In this document: piece after piece, positions 11,301 through 25,300 of the stretch
How positions within the stretch are numbered: the stretch's first letter is position 1
Layout: the number at the start of each line of letters is the position of its first letter
NCBI RefSeq assembly: GCF_964204645.1
Contig: NC_134030.1
Location: forward strand, 3,080,778 to 3,144,777
Length of the DNA stretch: 64,000 nucleotides
From: Tubulanus polymorphus
Lineage: Eukaryota > Animalia > Nemertea
Reading direction: 5' to 3'
Notes under the pieces: generated by a model
Told to the model about the DNA's origin: nothing
Database searches by the model: none
The model's input: only the letters and a program-made list of their open reading frames with translations
Program-made: the position numbers and the translations under genes

Positions 11301-14300
11301 ATGTGAAACACATGTGTGACACCATTTACACTGGATTTGGTAAAAGGTGCAGGAGATGCTGCATGCATGGATTCCCATGCTTCGTGCGAATTTGGAGGAT
11401 AATTTTCAAATATCAATATAACAAATATAGCTTAGAGATTCTCTGAATTTCATGGCCGTTTTGACCTGGTGATGACTTAAATGATATGCTAAACTTCCAC
11501 TTTAAGATGCATTTGCTGCCTGATACATCCAAACTATCTCAGAGGTTTAGAACTTGGCAAATTTACAAACCAACATGTTGAACCATAGAAGTTCCCTATT
11601 CAGATTTATTTTATTGGACATAAAGTACTTTTTGTATGAATTGGGTATTCAAAATATTTGAGAATCTTATACAGAAGTATCGTAAGACACCCTTTAATCC
11701 ATGTTGATCGCAGGATAGCTCCGAGACAGTAGACTGTATAAGTTCTGTTTTGGAATAGCACTATGTGAGGCAAGTCAGTTTCTGACGGTAGACTGTGAAT
11801 AGAAACAAAGACTTATCGTATATTATCATTTTTTTCTCGATGTGAGTTTATATTATGAAAAGCGAGTTGGCCGTGCGTGCGGTTTCAGGGGAAGGTGTAC
11901 AAACACGGGATAAACAGGGGATGAATAGAATTCCACTGGTTTATATCCGATGTGTGTTACTAAAACATGATTACTCAGATGGATTATTAAAAAGGGCGGG
12001 GTTCATCAGTATCTAATCTGGTTCTCTGGAGGTTGAGGCGTATCGCATAGATTCTTCGCTGAAATGTTGACTCATTCAATTTCAGACTTCAGAGTGAGTT
12101 CATTGAACAGATTGATACAATACCTGTACTATCAGAAACATTGCTCTGTCCCTATACACCTAAACCCACACAAAAATAAACATCAGTCTGAAGGACTGGG
12201 CAATAACCATGGTTCGATTTGGGCAGTATTCCAGTATCCTGATGGTACTAATTCTTGTGTTGGGATTCTAAAGATTGAAATGAAACTATCCTGATATGAT
12301 ACAAAAGATTTAAAACTAGAAACTAAAATCAAAGGCAAACTGGAATGTAACGGTACCGACTTAGCGGGAAACTGTGACAATGGATGATCATTAGAGTTGT
12401 ATAAGGCATGATAGCGCTTATGATAGAGCCATAGCTCTGTAACAACAGAATATCTGTAGCTTTAGAACTTTGACAAGATCGGGGCAATGTTTGCAACATT
12501 TTACCTTCTACAGCTATGAGGTAGATAGAGTTACACGATGGTGGTCAGTTGGTGTATACTTTAAGGTCAGTGATTAGTTGAAGGCTATCAACAAGTTGTC
12601 TGCATAACTGTCTGTCTGGAGTCTGCAGTTTCAGAGGGGGAATAGCTCGAATCATCAGCTGCTGTTGCAGATATGAATCGAAAAATCTGGAAAACATGAA
12701 TGATGATATTGCAGCAGAGAGTGAGAGAGGATCTTTTCGATTGTGATAGAGCTCACTATTCAGCAGTGAGAGGCAGTACTACGAATCCCGCGACTGATTT
12801 TTTAGTTCCTCAATAACATGAATATTACATGATGACTGGGGTGAAGAGGGATTCGAGGATGGACCCCTGGGAGTTCTACAGGGATCATGTCAGTCTCAGG
12901 GATATTTGCATGATTTTAATGAAATACTGATGTATCTTATTACGCAGAGCTATACACATCATATATATATAAATACATTTATGCTGATGATGTGAAAGGA
13001 TGAGATCACAATATTAATATCAGTACAGTCAATTATCTAAATAATAAACAATTACTGTCTCACCGCAGCTAGCTTCACAGCAGTCTGGCTTCGTTAATTT
13101 GTAGGATTTATACTGCTGTTGTTCGTAATAAAACCGGCTTCACATATTATTTCATCGGTTTCCCTTCATTCGATTTAATGCATTTAACATTCCCTTGACG
13201 ATGTTTTCGGCCTAAACTACAACTAGATGTAAAGCATATTTGAACTACTTAATTTGTATGGTAGCACATCTCGTACATTTCATAGGCCATATTCGCTATC
13301 CAGTATCGCAAACACTGTCCTCGTTGCCTGGACCCAGTGCCCGAGTCTAAGGCTCACCTGGACCCAGTGCCGGCTCAAATCTGCACACTGGCTTGGTTAT
13401 GAATACTGAGTTCACCTTACAGTCCACGTACTGTAGGCTGGAGTATGTATGAACCGTTTAGAGGGTAAGGGTCAGCGGTAAAAATAGCATCGTCTTGTTT
13501 GCTGATTAATTTAAGTCACTAAACCGGTACAGGTGTATGGATACCACGCGTGTAAGTAATTAAAACGGTGCTCGATGCTTGAGTAGTTCCTTCAAGAGTC
13601 TATAAAGGAACATCTGGATGGACAACCTACCTGGTTGAGATGTATGCACTGAACACTGAATACGTGTTTCAAATTACATTTTCTTGACAGATTTTGTATT
13701 ACGCCCCTGAGATATCGAGAAAAAGCCCTAGTCAACATCCGAAGATCTAAAAATTGCTTCGAATCATTGATCATTAGCAATTTCTGAAATTTACTATTAG
13801 GCTAGGAAGGAAATAAATCCCACAATAATTTAGCCAAAGATGTAAATTCTTGAGTGGAAGGTTTATGTATTTTGAGCAATGTTTCGCCCGATGGTTGAGT
13901 CGATTTAGCTGAAACGTTGCTCAAGTTACTCAAGAGCTTTTCATCTTAGGTTTAAATTATTGTGGGATTTCATTGGTATTGTATCTTCTCAACTTATACT
14001 ATTAGGCTACTAGACTTTTTATAACCAGTGGACGAGCATCAATGGAAATTCTAGTAATAATATAAATCATATGCTTAGATACCCATCTCATTATCAGTGA
14101 TACCGGAGCAAACTTCTCTTGAATTTGTAGGGCAACAGCTATCTTTTTTTTGCGTAAGTGAAAAAATATCTGTGAGGTGTTGCGTATATGCTTGTATACT
14201 ACAGCACGACAGGGTTAATGAGAAGTGAAAAAATAACTGGGTGATTCAGGCATGACCTCGGTTTACCTAATCTATCTTAGTCGAATTGGCAGCAACAGGC

Positions 14301-16634
14301 TTCTTTACGGTGTACAATAAAAGCTTTGCCCGCCAACTGTAAGCTGCAGTAGATGTTTATCATTGATTAGCATTGACAGCTATACTTTAAAAAAAAACTA
14401 TAGCTACTTGTAAATGTGTGGATACCTTCACTGTTTTCATTGTTTTATTCGAGGTGTTTCCTAAACTATATTATCAATTTGATGAAACAGTTTCAATGCC
14501 ACCCGTTAAAACCCTTTCTCAGCTGGCTGCAGGAATAGGTGAGAAGGAACTGTGAACATAGCTAATAATGGGTTTACAGTCAAAGTTTGTTTTAACTCCA
14601 CCATTTTTACCTCGTATAATGCATGATATTATATCATGATAAATTTGGTGTTATAAAGGATGGCTTTTTCATTGAATTTGGTGCATTTGTTTTTTGGAGA
14701 CTTAAGTTTCAGTGTATGTCGCAAAAAGTTCAGAGGTCTTGGACGTCGGGTTATTTTCAGTAATCATTCGGTTGTTGTTGATGATTTGAAAGTGTGATGT
14801 TAATGCTTAGGATGATGTTAATGTTATTATGTAATGATGGTGATGATGATGATGATGGTGATATTGGCCTTTACACCAGAAACCCAGTTAACCAGATATA
14901 AAACGAAATCTTTACCTCTTAACAGTTCTCTGTCATTATTAGCTTACAGGAATGTTTTCATAAATACTGTCAAATACAATCGCATTTTTATCAGCGAGAA
15001 GTTAAAAGATGATATGTTCTGGTTAGGTAATGGGTGCTGCTGCTGGTTGTAAATGTTCAAAGTCAATCTTCCGTCCCCTGAGGGTCCCTCCTCTGAGAAT
15101 ATTTGGTAATATTAGTGATTTAGAATATCTTCAGGTTTCAATTATCATGATTATGATCGGCGAAAAGTGAATAAGTAAATGCAAATCTTAAAGGACTCTC
15201 AATTTATATGCCAGCATTGGTCTAGGACTTAAGGTGGGACATAATGAAGAGATCATTTCACCTGGTGATGACTTTCATCGCTCTACCTTTAGATACATTA
15301 GCTGCAATGCAGATATATTCGGAATATCTCAGAGATTGATAGCAGGGAAGAGGATTTTTCCAGTCTTAACTGATTAGAATTGATCATATTTCCAGAGTTA
15401 TCAGACGGACTGTAGTTTACAGATAGATGCAGAAAGCGAAGGTTTATGGTTTATTCAAGCAGAGAGAGAGAGAGAGAGGGAGAGAGAGAGAGAGGGAGAG
15501 AGAGGGAGAGAGAGGGAGAGAGAGAGAGATGCCCGGTGTGTGTGTGTGATCAGTTAATTTATGAATAAAACAGCTGTCATAAATGATTATTTGAACTGTA
15601 AATAAAACTAGGGTTCAGTGATTTATATTATTCTGGGCTTTTACAGCGGTTAGATACATTCCGACCTTGCATTGGCCGTGAAAGATACATCCTGTTCTCT
15701 GAATAGTAAAAGAATTCGTTAATGGCTCTGTTTCTACTGAAAAAAGGAAGATCTAGGTTCCTTCCAGTTACTGTTATCAATAACTTTTATAATTTCCTAA
15801 TAACCCAATGAGGACGACTGCACTGTGCGATTGTAACTATGGCTTGTGCACTGGATTTCATAAACTTCGGTCAAACCACTTAACTATAAACAGTCGCAAG
15901 GTTGGCAGAAGATACCTGTTATCCCGTTGAACCATCTAAGGACCCCTTTGTTCCCAGCTCTGGGGACTAAGGGACCTTGCAGTTCGCTTTGTCAACCTTC
16001 GGTATAAGTTCTGCCCCTATTATAATTAGCTTGTATATACTTCAATGCATTGTTGTGCACTACAATTCTGTATACGTCTGAAATACGCTGGTCTTCTGTG
16101 TTAATTTTATTACATACCAGACTGACTTTGATGTGAAAATAGTGTTGATAGTTTACATACGTATAACTACATACTACGTACAGGAATGAAAAAATCAAAC
16201 ATTCAAAAGGGGCATTCCGAGTGTGATACTTGCGGTATCCGATTCCAGTTAATGTAGAATATATCCAATTCCAGAACTGAAATTGACCACTTTTCCTTCA
16301 CTCAGATCTTCATTCATATTTGAATCATTTTCTTCCATTAAATGAATAGCTGAAAATCCATTCACGCTTTAACGAAGTAATGAAGAAGTGAGCGAATAAG
16401 TATCACAATACAGACACATGAGATTCAGGCGTTGTCTCTGTGCGGCTGGGTATAGCTAGCAATCTCTACCTCGCGGAAACTTGTCTGTAAAGGTGTTTTT
16501 TAAGATCAGATAAACTGTTTTACTACTCGTGCTGTGATTAAGATGTTTCGTCTGCGTTTTCTGGGGCTGCTGGCATTTCATTACGTCATCGATATTTCTA
16601 GATATTTTTGCACCTCGTCGGTCGGACATATACT

Positions 16635-16674
<40 letters not shown>

Positions 16675-19600
16675 CAAGAGGGTACAGTGTATAGAGTATG
16701 AGCGTTCAGAACCCGATTCCGTTACATCAGGAATTTACAGATAAATAGAACTGGCGAGACAGGATGTTGCACCTAACCGAATAGCTTCTTCAAGGGAGAG
16801 AGAGAGAGAGAGCATGAACGAAGTTATGAAATTAAAAATAGTGAAGCATTGATTAAAAAGGTTACATGTTAATGGAATACTGTTTGCCAGCTATGTTATT
16901 CCCATTCAGTACCTCTCCAGATGTGTGATATATATATATATATAAACCTAATCGTTCTATCCTGTTTAAAAAATGGATATTAACCCTTTCAGTGCTGACT
17001 AATTAATACCCTATAGTGCTGGAGAAAATTTGAAAATTCTAAAAAATTCCACCCTAGTGTGTTGAACAATGGGAATACCACTATAGTGCGTCTACACCGC
17101 AGTGCGGTGTATCGTTAGTTACTAATATTTCACTATGTTTGACACTTGCTGCCATTTTTCAATAGAGATAATTACAAATTACTAATTACATCAATACACC
17201 GCTGTGCGGTGTACTAGCAAAATCCATCACTGATTTATACACCGCACTGCGGTGTAGACGCACTGAAAGGGTTAAAACAGTAAAACTTGAGTAAGTCGGA
17301 TCTCTGTCAGTTGGAAAATCGGACGAGGAAATTCTATGTCCGAAATTTTCCTCTCCAAGCCAGATTTTATAAATTGAATACTCCTTCAACTAATATTTTA
17401 TCCATAAGAGTCTAAAATAAAGGATATTACATTCCCTAAGTTAGACATATTTTGCCAGTCCTGAATTCTATCTTATATATCAAATATTGCCAGATCTATC
17501 TTTCGACTATTTAGTAAATAAAACTAACGATTTCTTACATTTTAAATTTTACAGAAGGACTCCAGTTCAAAACTGAACCACAAAAAATATCAGAAGTTAT
17601 AGGTATGAACACAGTATTCGAATGTGCGTTTGATGAACCTTTAGGTAAGAACAATCTACGTTATGAAAAAAAAACTTACAATGATAAAAAAAACCCGCGC
17701 TAACAATGTTCGTTCTCTTTTATCCAGGTCAAGGTCAGTCTTTAGCGTGGAGGAAAGGTGAAACGATATTGAGTTTCAACGATGCGAAATTCGAACAGTC
17801 GGGAAACTTCCAAGTGGTCACCCGTGCAGACGGGTTGGGCTACGATTTAGAATTATCGAATCTTGAAGTGAAAGATGAAGGAACGTATTCCTGTGTGTTA
17901 AACAATCCTAAAATGATTCAACACAACTCATTAACTATTATCAGTGAGTTACATAATCAATCTGAATTATTGCAATGCTCTATTTTCAGGTGCTGATACA
18001 GAGAGGTCAATTTTGACTATTTCTCTTTCATTAGGGTATCTATTTAGCTCCAGTTCCACAGTTATGTGGCTTAAATTTCTGGATCCAGTTCCACAGTTAT
18101 TGAGATTTGATTTGACTGTGGATCCAGTTCCACGGTTGTGTTGGTTTAGTTTGACTGTGGATCCAGTTCCACAGTTGTGTTGGTTTGATTTGAATCTGGA
18201 TCCTGTTCCACAGTTGTGTGGATTCAATTTGACTTAAGATCCAGTTCCACAGTTATGTTGGTTTAATTTGACTGTGGATCCAGTTCCACAGTTGTGTTGG
18301 TTTAATTTGACTCTGGATCCAGTTCCACAGTTGTGTTGGTTTAATTCAACTCTGGATCCAGTTCCACAGTTGTGTTGGTTTAATTTGACTCTGGATCCAG
18401 TTCCACAGTTGTGTTGGTTTAATTCAACTCTGGATCCAGTTCCACAGTTGTGTTGGTTTAATTCAACTCTGGATCCAGTTCCACAGTTGTGTTGGTTTAA
18501 TTCGACTCTGGATCCAGTTCCACAGTTGTGTTGGTTTAATTCAACTCTGGATCCAGTTCCACAGTTGTGTTGGTTTAATTCAACTCTGGATCCAGTTCCA
18601 CAGTTGTGTTGGTTTAATTTAACTCTGGATCCAGTTCCACAGTTGTGTTGGTTTAATTCAACTCTGGATCCAGTTCCACACGGTGAAAACAAATGAATAT
18701 GAAAATGAAGCGCGATGTTGCGTCGTCGGTCTGGTCGAAATCATGTTTAATTCTCCAAATTGCGAATACGTGTTAGTAACCGATGTCGATGGAGGTTTTT
18801 TGCGTGGAAATTATCCCCAGCGGTTTGTGATGACTCGTGGCTAAGCGGACATGTGCCGATGACTTTGGGATTTATAGCGCGACAAGACATGAATTTGTAA
18901 TGGTTTACACCTTTGTCATCTCGGTCGGTCGTGGAGAGTGTGTCCATTAACTTACTTGTTATTTATCTCCGTATCATTAAAACTGCATTGTCCGTTCATC
19001 CGCACGAACGCAAGATCTGATAAACTGCGACTCGCGGAATTACTGTACGTGTTACTCATATATGGTTCCACTCAAATGATGTTTACGAGTTTGGAAATAT
19101 TTGGCATTTCGGAAAACTTCTCACAGTGCGGCCACTGACCTGGAAAACCTGCGATCAGAAAAATCTCGAAAAAAGCATTAGGGAACAACCTGGAAAACTG
19201 GGACAACCTGGGAATTCTGATATGTTATTGACCGCGCATTTCTTTTATCAATACATGATTCATCAAAAATGAATTGATTGTAACATTTTAAACCGAGAAA
19301 TTCCTTGGATTCAGATTCACTCGAGGGATTTTTTGTTTAGAACATGGAAAACTCAGGGAATTTGTTAATTAGCAGAAAGTGGCCATTCTGAAATCAATGA
19401 AAATTCTCTCCTGTCTCCTATGATTATAATAAAGCGCTCTCTGTTGCAGAGGCACAGTCCTCCCTCCCTCTTATGTTTCCCAAGGAATACTTTCAGAAGT
19501 TCACGCCATGCGTACTAAATTGGCTTTTCTAGTAAAAATAAATCAAATTTTTGAATTTTTTTCTTTCTTGAATTCCTCACTGCTCGTTCCCAGAGTTGCT

Positions 19601-22298
19601 ATTATAGCTGCGAGAAGTTTTTTTTATTTTGTCTCTTCAAATTTATTGCAATAGTCTCTGATTCAGTTATAAATCAGATGCCTGAGCTACTACTACTGCT
19701 ACTGCTGCTGCTGCTGTTGCTGCTGCTGCTACTGCTGTTGTTCAATTTTGATGACTATTACACTTCTCTTCATGTGAGGTGAGGGGAACAGGGTCCATTT
19801 ATTTATTTTGCAATGAAAGCCGGTAAAAGCATGAGAAAACGTGTAGTAAGTAAGATACATCAGTGTAACTGCACTAGGGGTTGATGAGGTGAGGTGTAGT
19901 GGTACAGGTAGGCTTTGTGATAGAAGCAGTAAAATATTCGATAGATTATGTATGCGTTGCCTCTGACTGTGGAGAGAGTATATTTATAGATATTTGCAGG
20001 GGTTATTTCAGGTAATTCCTGTTCGTATTATCTAGAGTCGCTCTTCTCTATCTAGAGACTTCATTGATCAGTTAAGATACAACAAAACTTTTCGAGATGA
20101 AATAGAGCCTTTACATGTTACAAGTTTCATGCCACGGTTGCATCTGTGTTTAACTATCAGGTGTGTTCGAGTCTGTCGATAAAAAGTGGACACAATTTGC
20201 CATCAATCATTCGCGGTGTTTAAAAACACAATCTCGGCTTAGAATGAATTATTTCGAGAAAATGCTATCACAAAAATGAGGAAAAAATAGCTTAAAGATA
20301 GTTTACCGTTGAATTGCGGGAATGTTGGCAGAATCTATGCAAGATGAAATGTAAAGTTTCCAAGTTGATTAGTCATATCATGACCTCGCGTTACACTCTT
20401 TCCATTGAGTGTATATATCTAGGATATATCAATAGCGTTATGCAATAATACGTGGATTTTCTGGAAAAACAGATGTATTTTTATTTCATTAGTTAGTGCT
20501 TATGAATAGTGTACTCTTGAAATGATGATTTACTACTAGAAAATTCGCCAACAGCTGGCTTATCAGTGTATTATCTCATGAACCAAGAATGTTACAGTCT
20601 CACTCATAGCTCCCACTCTATCAGCCACCAGATCAGTTCTAAAAGAACCCCCTGCTTATTCATCCGCTGCAGTGTTGACTGTCCCACTGGCCATAGTTTC
20701 AACTTGGGTTCTTTATTTGTATTAGACAAAAGAAACACCGACTTACTTAACCCCACTAAGACCTCCTGCTTTCATCAAAATATAGATTAATCACTCTGAA
20801 GATCAAAGTAACTCTTTTTTGATTCCAAGTAGCATATCACTAGAATATTTTTCTTATACAACTCCTTATTTCGTACTTCAAAATCGGCTGTAATGCCATC
20901 ATCACGACCATGAAAAACGTGGCGTTATAAAGAATTTAATTTGAATGATATTTTGCATATTCGTTCATAAAAGAATGTTAGAGCATCGGTATTAAACAGG
21001 ATAGCATTACGACTGGCTTAGACGAGATAACTGCTGCTATTGGTGAAATCATGAAGCTGACACTAGCTGAGTAAGACATAGTCGACTGCACAACTTGTTT
21101 TTCTAAAAAATATCTTCCGAATCGCAGACAGACATCGAATATGCAACTGAAAGCTGTCGGGGATATGTGAGCGAGTTTGTTTGAACGGGTTGAATTATTG
21201 AAGATTCCTTGGGAACTATAAAACGATGTATAAGCCTCCCGATATATATACATATTTACAGCAACATTCCAGAGATTTACTGTCACTGATGACCAATTCT
21301 CTCTCCTCTCTACATACCACTCAGGAGAGGAAAATCATCACTTGTCCGATAATGACCATCGAGATAAATAAAATCGATTTAGAGACTGTAAAAACAATCG
21401 TATCCATGACACATCGATTAGACTCTGACAACACTGAAAAACGACTGACCATTTTTATCTAAAATACTTAAAACCAGAAATTTTGTCTTTTGAGTCGCCA
21501 GGACTGAGTTCCAAAGTTGTGAGGTAGAAGTAGTTCATTCCCGAGTGTTTTTAACCTGATAGTAAGACTGAACGGAGAACTAAAACTGGATCCTCAAGTA
21601 TAGATTGCGAAGGACCTGCATCCTACAGCCTGCGTCTCATACTTATCAGAAATATTGTTCTTCATTAACCCTTTCAGTGCTGACTAATTAATACCCTCCG
21701 GTGCTGGAGATAATTTGAAAATTCTAAAAAAATTCCACCCTAGTGTGTTGAACAACGGGAATATCACTATAGTGCGTCTACACTGCGGCGCGGTGTATCG
21801 TTAGTTACTAGTATTTCACTATGTTTGACACGTGCTGCCATTTTTCAAGAGATAATTGCTAATTACATCAATACACCACAGTGCGGTGTACTCACAAAAT
21901 CTATCACTGATTTATACACCGCACTGCAGTGTAGACCGCACTGAAAGGGTTAACTTTTTTCTTTTCTACTTTTTAAACTCGAAGCTAGAATTCCTGCGGA
22001 TGGTGGTATGGTGGTATAGTGGTATGATGGTATGATGGTATCTGCGGGTGTTATGTTCGATGGTTTTTACAACTCTTAGGTTATTGTTGTAGTCTGTGCT
22101 TAGTTGCTTGCCTGCATATTTTAACTATGATGGATTAGAATGTGAGGTAACATCCTGCCGACAGTTGCCTCTATCATATAATTCTTCTCGTTTTCAACCG
22201 AGCATTGCTTTGTTTTATGGTTTTTTCAATCGGTGCGTAACTCTCACAGGCCAACCTTCAGTTGCACCCATACCAAAATGCTTGTCTCTGTGTATGTA

Positions 22299-22357
<59 letters not shown>

Positions 22358-25300
22358 TAAGAAAACGTGCGGTCTGTCTTTCCTTGTGATCCTACCATGA
22401 GAATTATGACTTGTGCTTATCCGAATGAGGTGAATTTTTGAACACGAAATAGAGATGATTTTTCCTCTATTTCATTTATTGATTTGATTTCTTTATCGTT
22501 ATTTTGTGTCCTTTACAAACCCACCACACCTGTTTGAAACAAGGGGTTTGATAAGACGAGAAGATACACAATATCCGTGTATGATGATAGATGATAACGA
22601 GAGAAATCCCTCAATAGCGAAGCCAAGATTGAAAAATTCTATATCAGAATGATTATAATATTTGAGGAGCGACGTTTCGGCTAACAACTGTTAGCCATCA
22701 TCAGGCGTACTGATGATAGCTAACAGTTGTTAAGGGGTTTGATTTTGAAATAGAAATACAGATATAGTTTTATGGTCAGTTGAATTTAAAGAATTTCATT
22801 CTTTGTAACAAAGTATAAAGTTGGACATTTTTGGGACTTTGACACTGTGGGACTGGTTTCAGGGCTCAGTTTTGCAGTCATTACTGAAGTTGCTAGATGT
22901 TGGCCATAGATCCAAGATGGTCCTAGACCAATTTTGTGCCTGCAGGAGCATAGACTCAGGTATAGAAAGAGCTGTAGAGAAGTAGAAGACAGGACAAAGG
23001 GCAGAGATGACCTGCATTATGTAGATGTCAACTCTTTGCATCACATTTCATCTTGTAATGAACATTGTCCACGCGCAAATATATCACAAACTTTTCTCCT
23101 TGCGAGAAAAAGAAAACATCGTGACTGTCTCGCGATGACTGGTGGTGATTTGTTTGTCAATGTGTAATTGATCTTCTATCTAGTGCTGCAAATATCTCTT
23201 GTGCGTCGGTCTTAATAACTGCGGTGAGTCGCCGCCCCTCATCGCGCCCCTCATCGCCGGTGATCTGGATTTGTTTGCAGTTTTGTCCCGGAGTGTAATT
23301 AATCAATTGGTTAATGGTATCCACGCCGGCGTGTGAGCTAATGATATCCCGTTCGGGTCCAGCATCTACATGAAACATGCATGAGCGAGAGCAGGTAGTT
23401 CTCGTGGTTGTTCGCTGCTGACAATGTCCCTTCGGTCGTTCGTTCTCTGTTTGTCATTAGAAGATGCGCGCATCGACCGCGTCCAGCACTCGGGGAATGC
23501 TTGGATAAGTTTTGCGCGACCGTTGAGGTTAATTATTCGTCAATTTACTGCGCGTGAGAATCGGTAAATTATATTAACCCTTCTTTATCATCTTAAAACA
23601 AGAAACGGGACTTGTTCCAAAAGGGACATGTTTTTCAGCGTATAACTGAATCTTATTACTATACGGCTTTCCGTTGAAGAGAGCAACTGAAAGATGAATT
23701 TCATTGGAAACTACCCTCAACTTAAAGGCCAAATTTGGTTTGACCAAAAACAGACCGGACCAATTTGAGCACCGTGGTCAGATTATTGCGTCTAGAAGTG
23801 ATTCACCTCACTTGCCACAGCAATGTTTTGATAACTTAAGTGACGAATGAGAGATTTACGTGTGAACACACTCTCTAATGTAACATGAGCCAAATCATTT
23901 CCATCCAATTGCAGCAAATTATCATCTCATTTTTTTCAGTTAAGGCGCAAATTCATATGAAACCTGAAGATTATGATCGAAAAGTTCACCTGGGAAAACT
24001 GCTGGCCGTGCACTGTGATGTGTCCGGTAGACCCGCTCCTAATGTCACCTGGACTAAACTGGTACGTATTCACACCCCTTCCTTCATACTCCCTCGGCAG
24101 GGATTCGAACCTGATGCTGCCACGTTCTTCCCTTGGCAGAGATTTGAACCTGATGGCATCGTGAGACCCTGCCTGATCAGCCTCAGTGTATGGGTGCTTG
24201 CACTCTGAGCCATGATGTCATTATTAACCAATCAGCATTTGTGTAATTTTTGCCCGGGTTTTTCCATGTACCCTCAAATATGCCCCAGTGATTATACAAC
24301 AGGTAATCTTATTGGTGCCACACGTTTTCATGTGGGTAAGCTGTGTATGTACCTGCGCACTGGGCCTAATCGCAGGGTTTTGTGCCATGGCAGCTTCTTG
24401 CGATGCCATCAGGTTCTGAACATTGTTGAGGGAGGATGCCTTTCCCTTGAATCTGCAGTAGTATATATAAATTATGTGTATCGAAGTTTTTTTCGAACTA
24501 AATTTTTTTCTCAGAGATGGGTGTCAGCATCATGTGGTTCATGTACACAATGACTAATCAAGAAACCGGCAGTTTTCGGTACAAAATACTTGGCATCGTT
24601 TTCTGAGTGCATTTATACCAGTTTTATATACTGCCACGTGATAACATGTGATAGTGTGAGCCATATGTCAGAGGCTGGCAGCCCCGCGCTATTGTCTAGA
24701 ATCCATTAAAACTAAATAGTGTTGGTAGGGCTGAGGGTTGAGGATGATCGAAAATAATCGTGTTGTTTGTAATTAATCCCTAGAGGCCGAAAGAAAGCTT
24801 TTAGAGATTGAAAAATGATTAATTACCAAGGAGCGATATTTGATATATCTCAATTGAGACGTGAATGTTTGGACTCGTTGATGGTGGTGGTGCTGTGCCA
24901 TCCTGTGCTGTCCTGTGCCGTGCTGTACCATGCTGACATGCTTAACTGTGCTGTGCTGTACCATGCTGAACTGTGCTGTGCTGTGCTACGCCGGTGTTGA
25001 ACTGTGCTGTGCTGTGCCGGTGTTGAACTGTGCTGTGCTGTGCTGTGCTGTGCCGTGCTGTGCCGGTGTTGAACTGTGCTGTGCTGTGCTGTAATCAGAA
25101 CTATTTCAATTTCAAATAGCACACCAGATGGCGTCGCTTACAGACCTGAACCCTTCAAGATGTATTCATGAGGATCCTTTTTGGGAAATGTGACTTTTTT
25201 CGGAAGTGTGTGGGGTGCTGTTACCTCTGAGTCACATCAATTCAGTTGTACTCGCAGCTGGTGCTGTTTCCGTGATGAACTTACCTAACCTAAAAAACGT

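Noticed and set aside
18081-18696. CRISPR array, or repeat-protein ORFs (LDPVPQLCWFNST / NQHNCGTGSRVEL)
   Set aside because: Contiguous 39-bp units with no unique spacers, no cas genes and a eukaryotic intron context; the ORFs are open only because the unit is 13 stop-free codons
24092-24213. tRNA gene
   Set aside because: A and B boxes are present but there is no acceptor or anticodon stem, and the B box is duplicated
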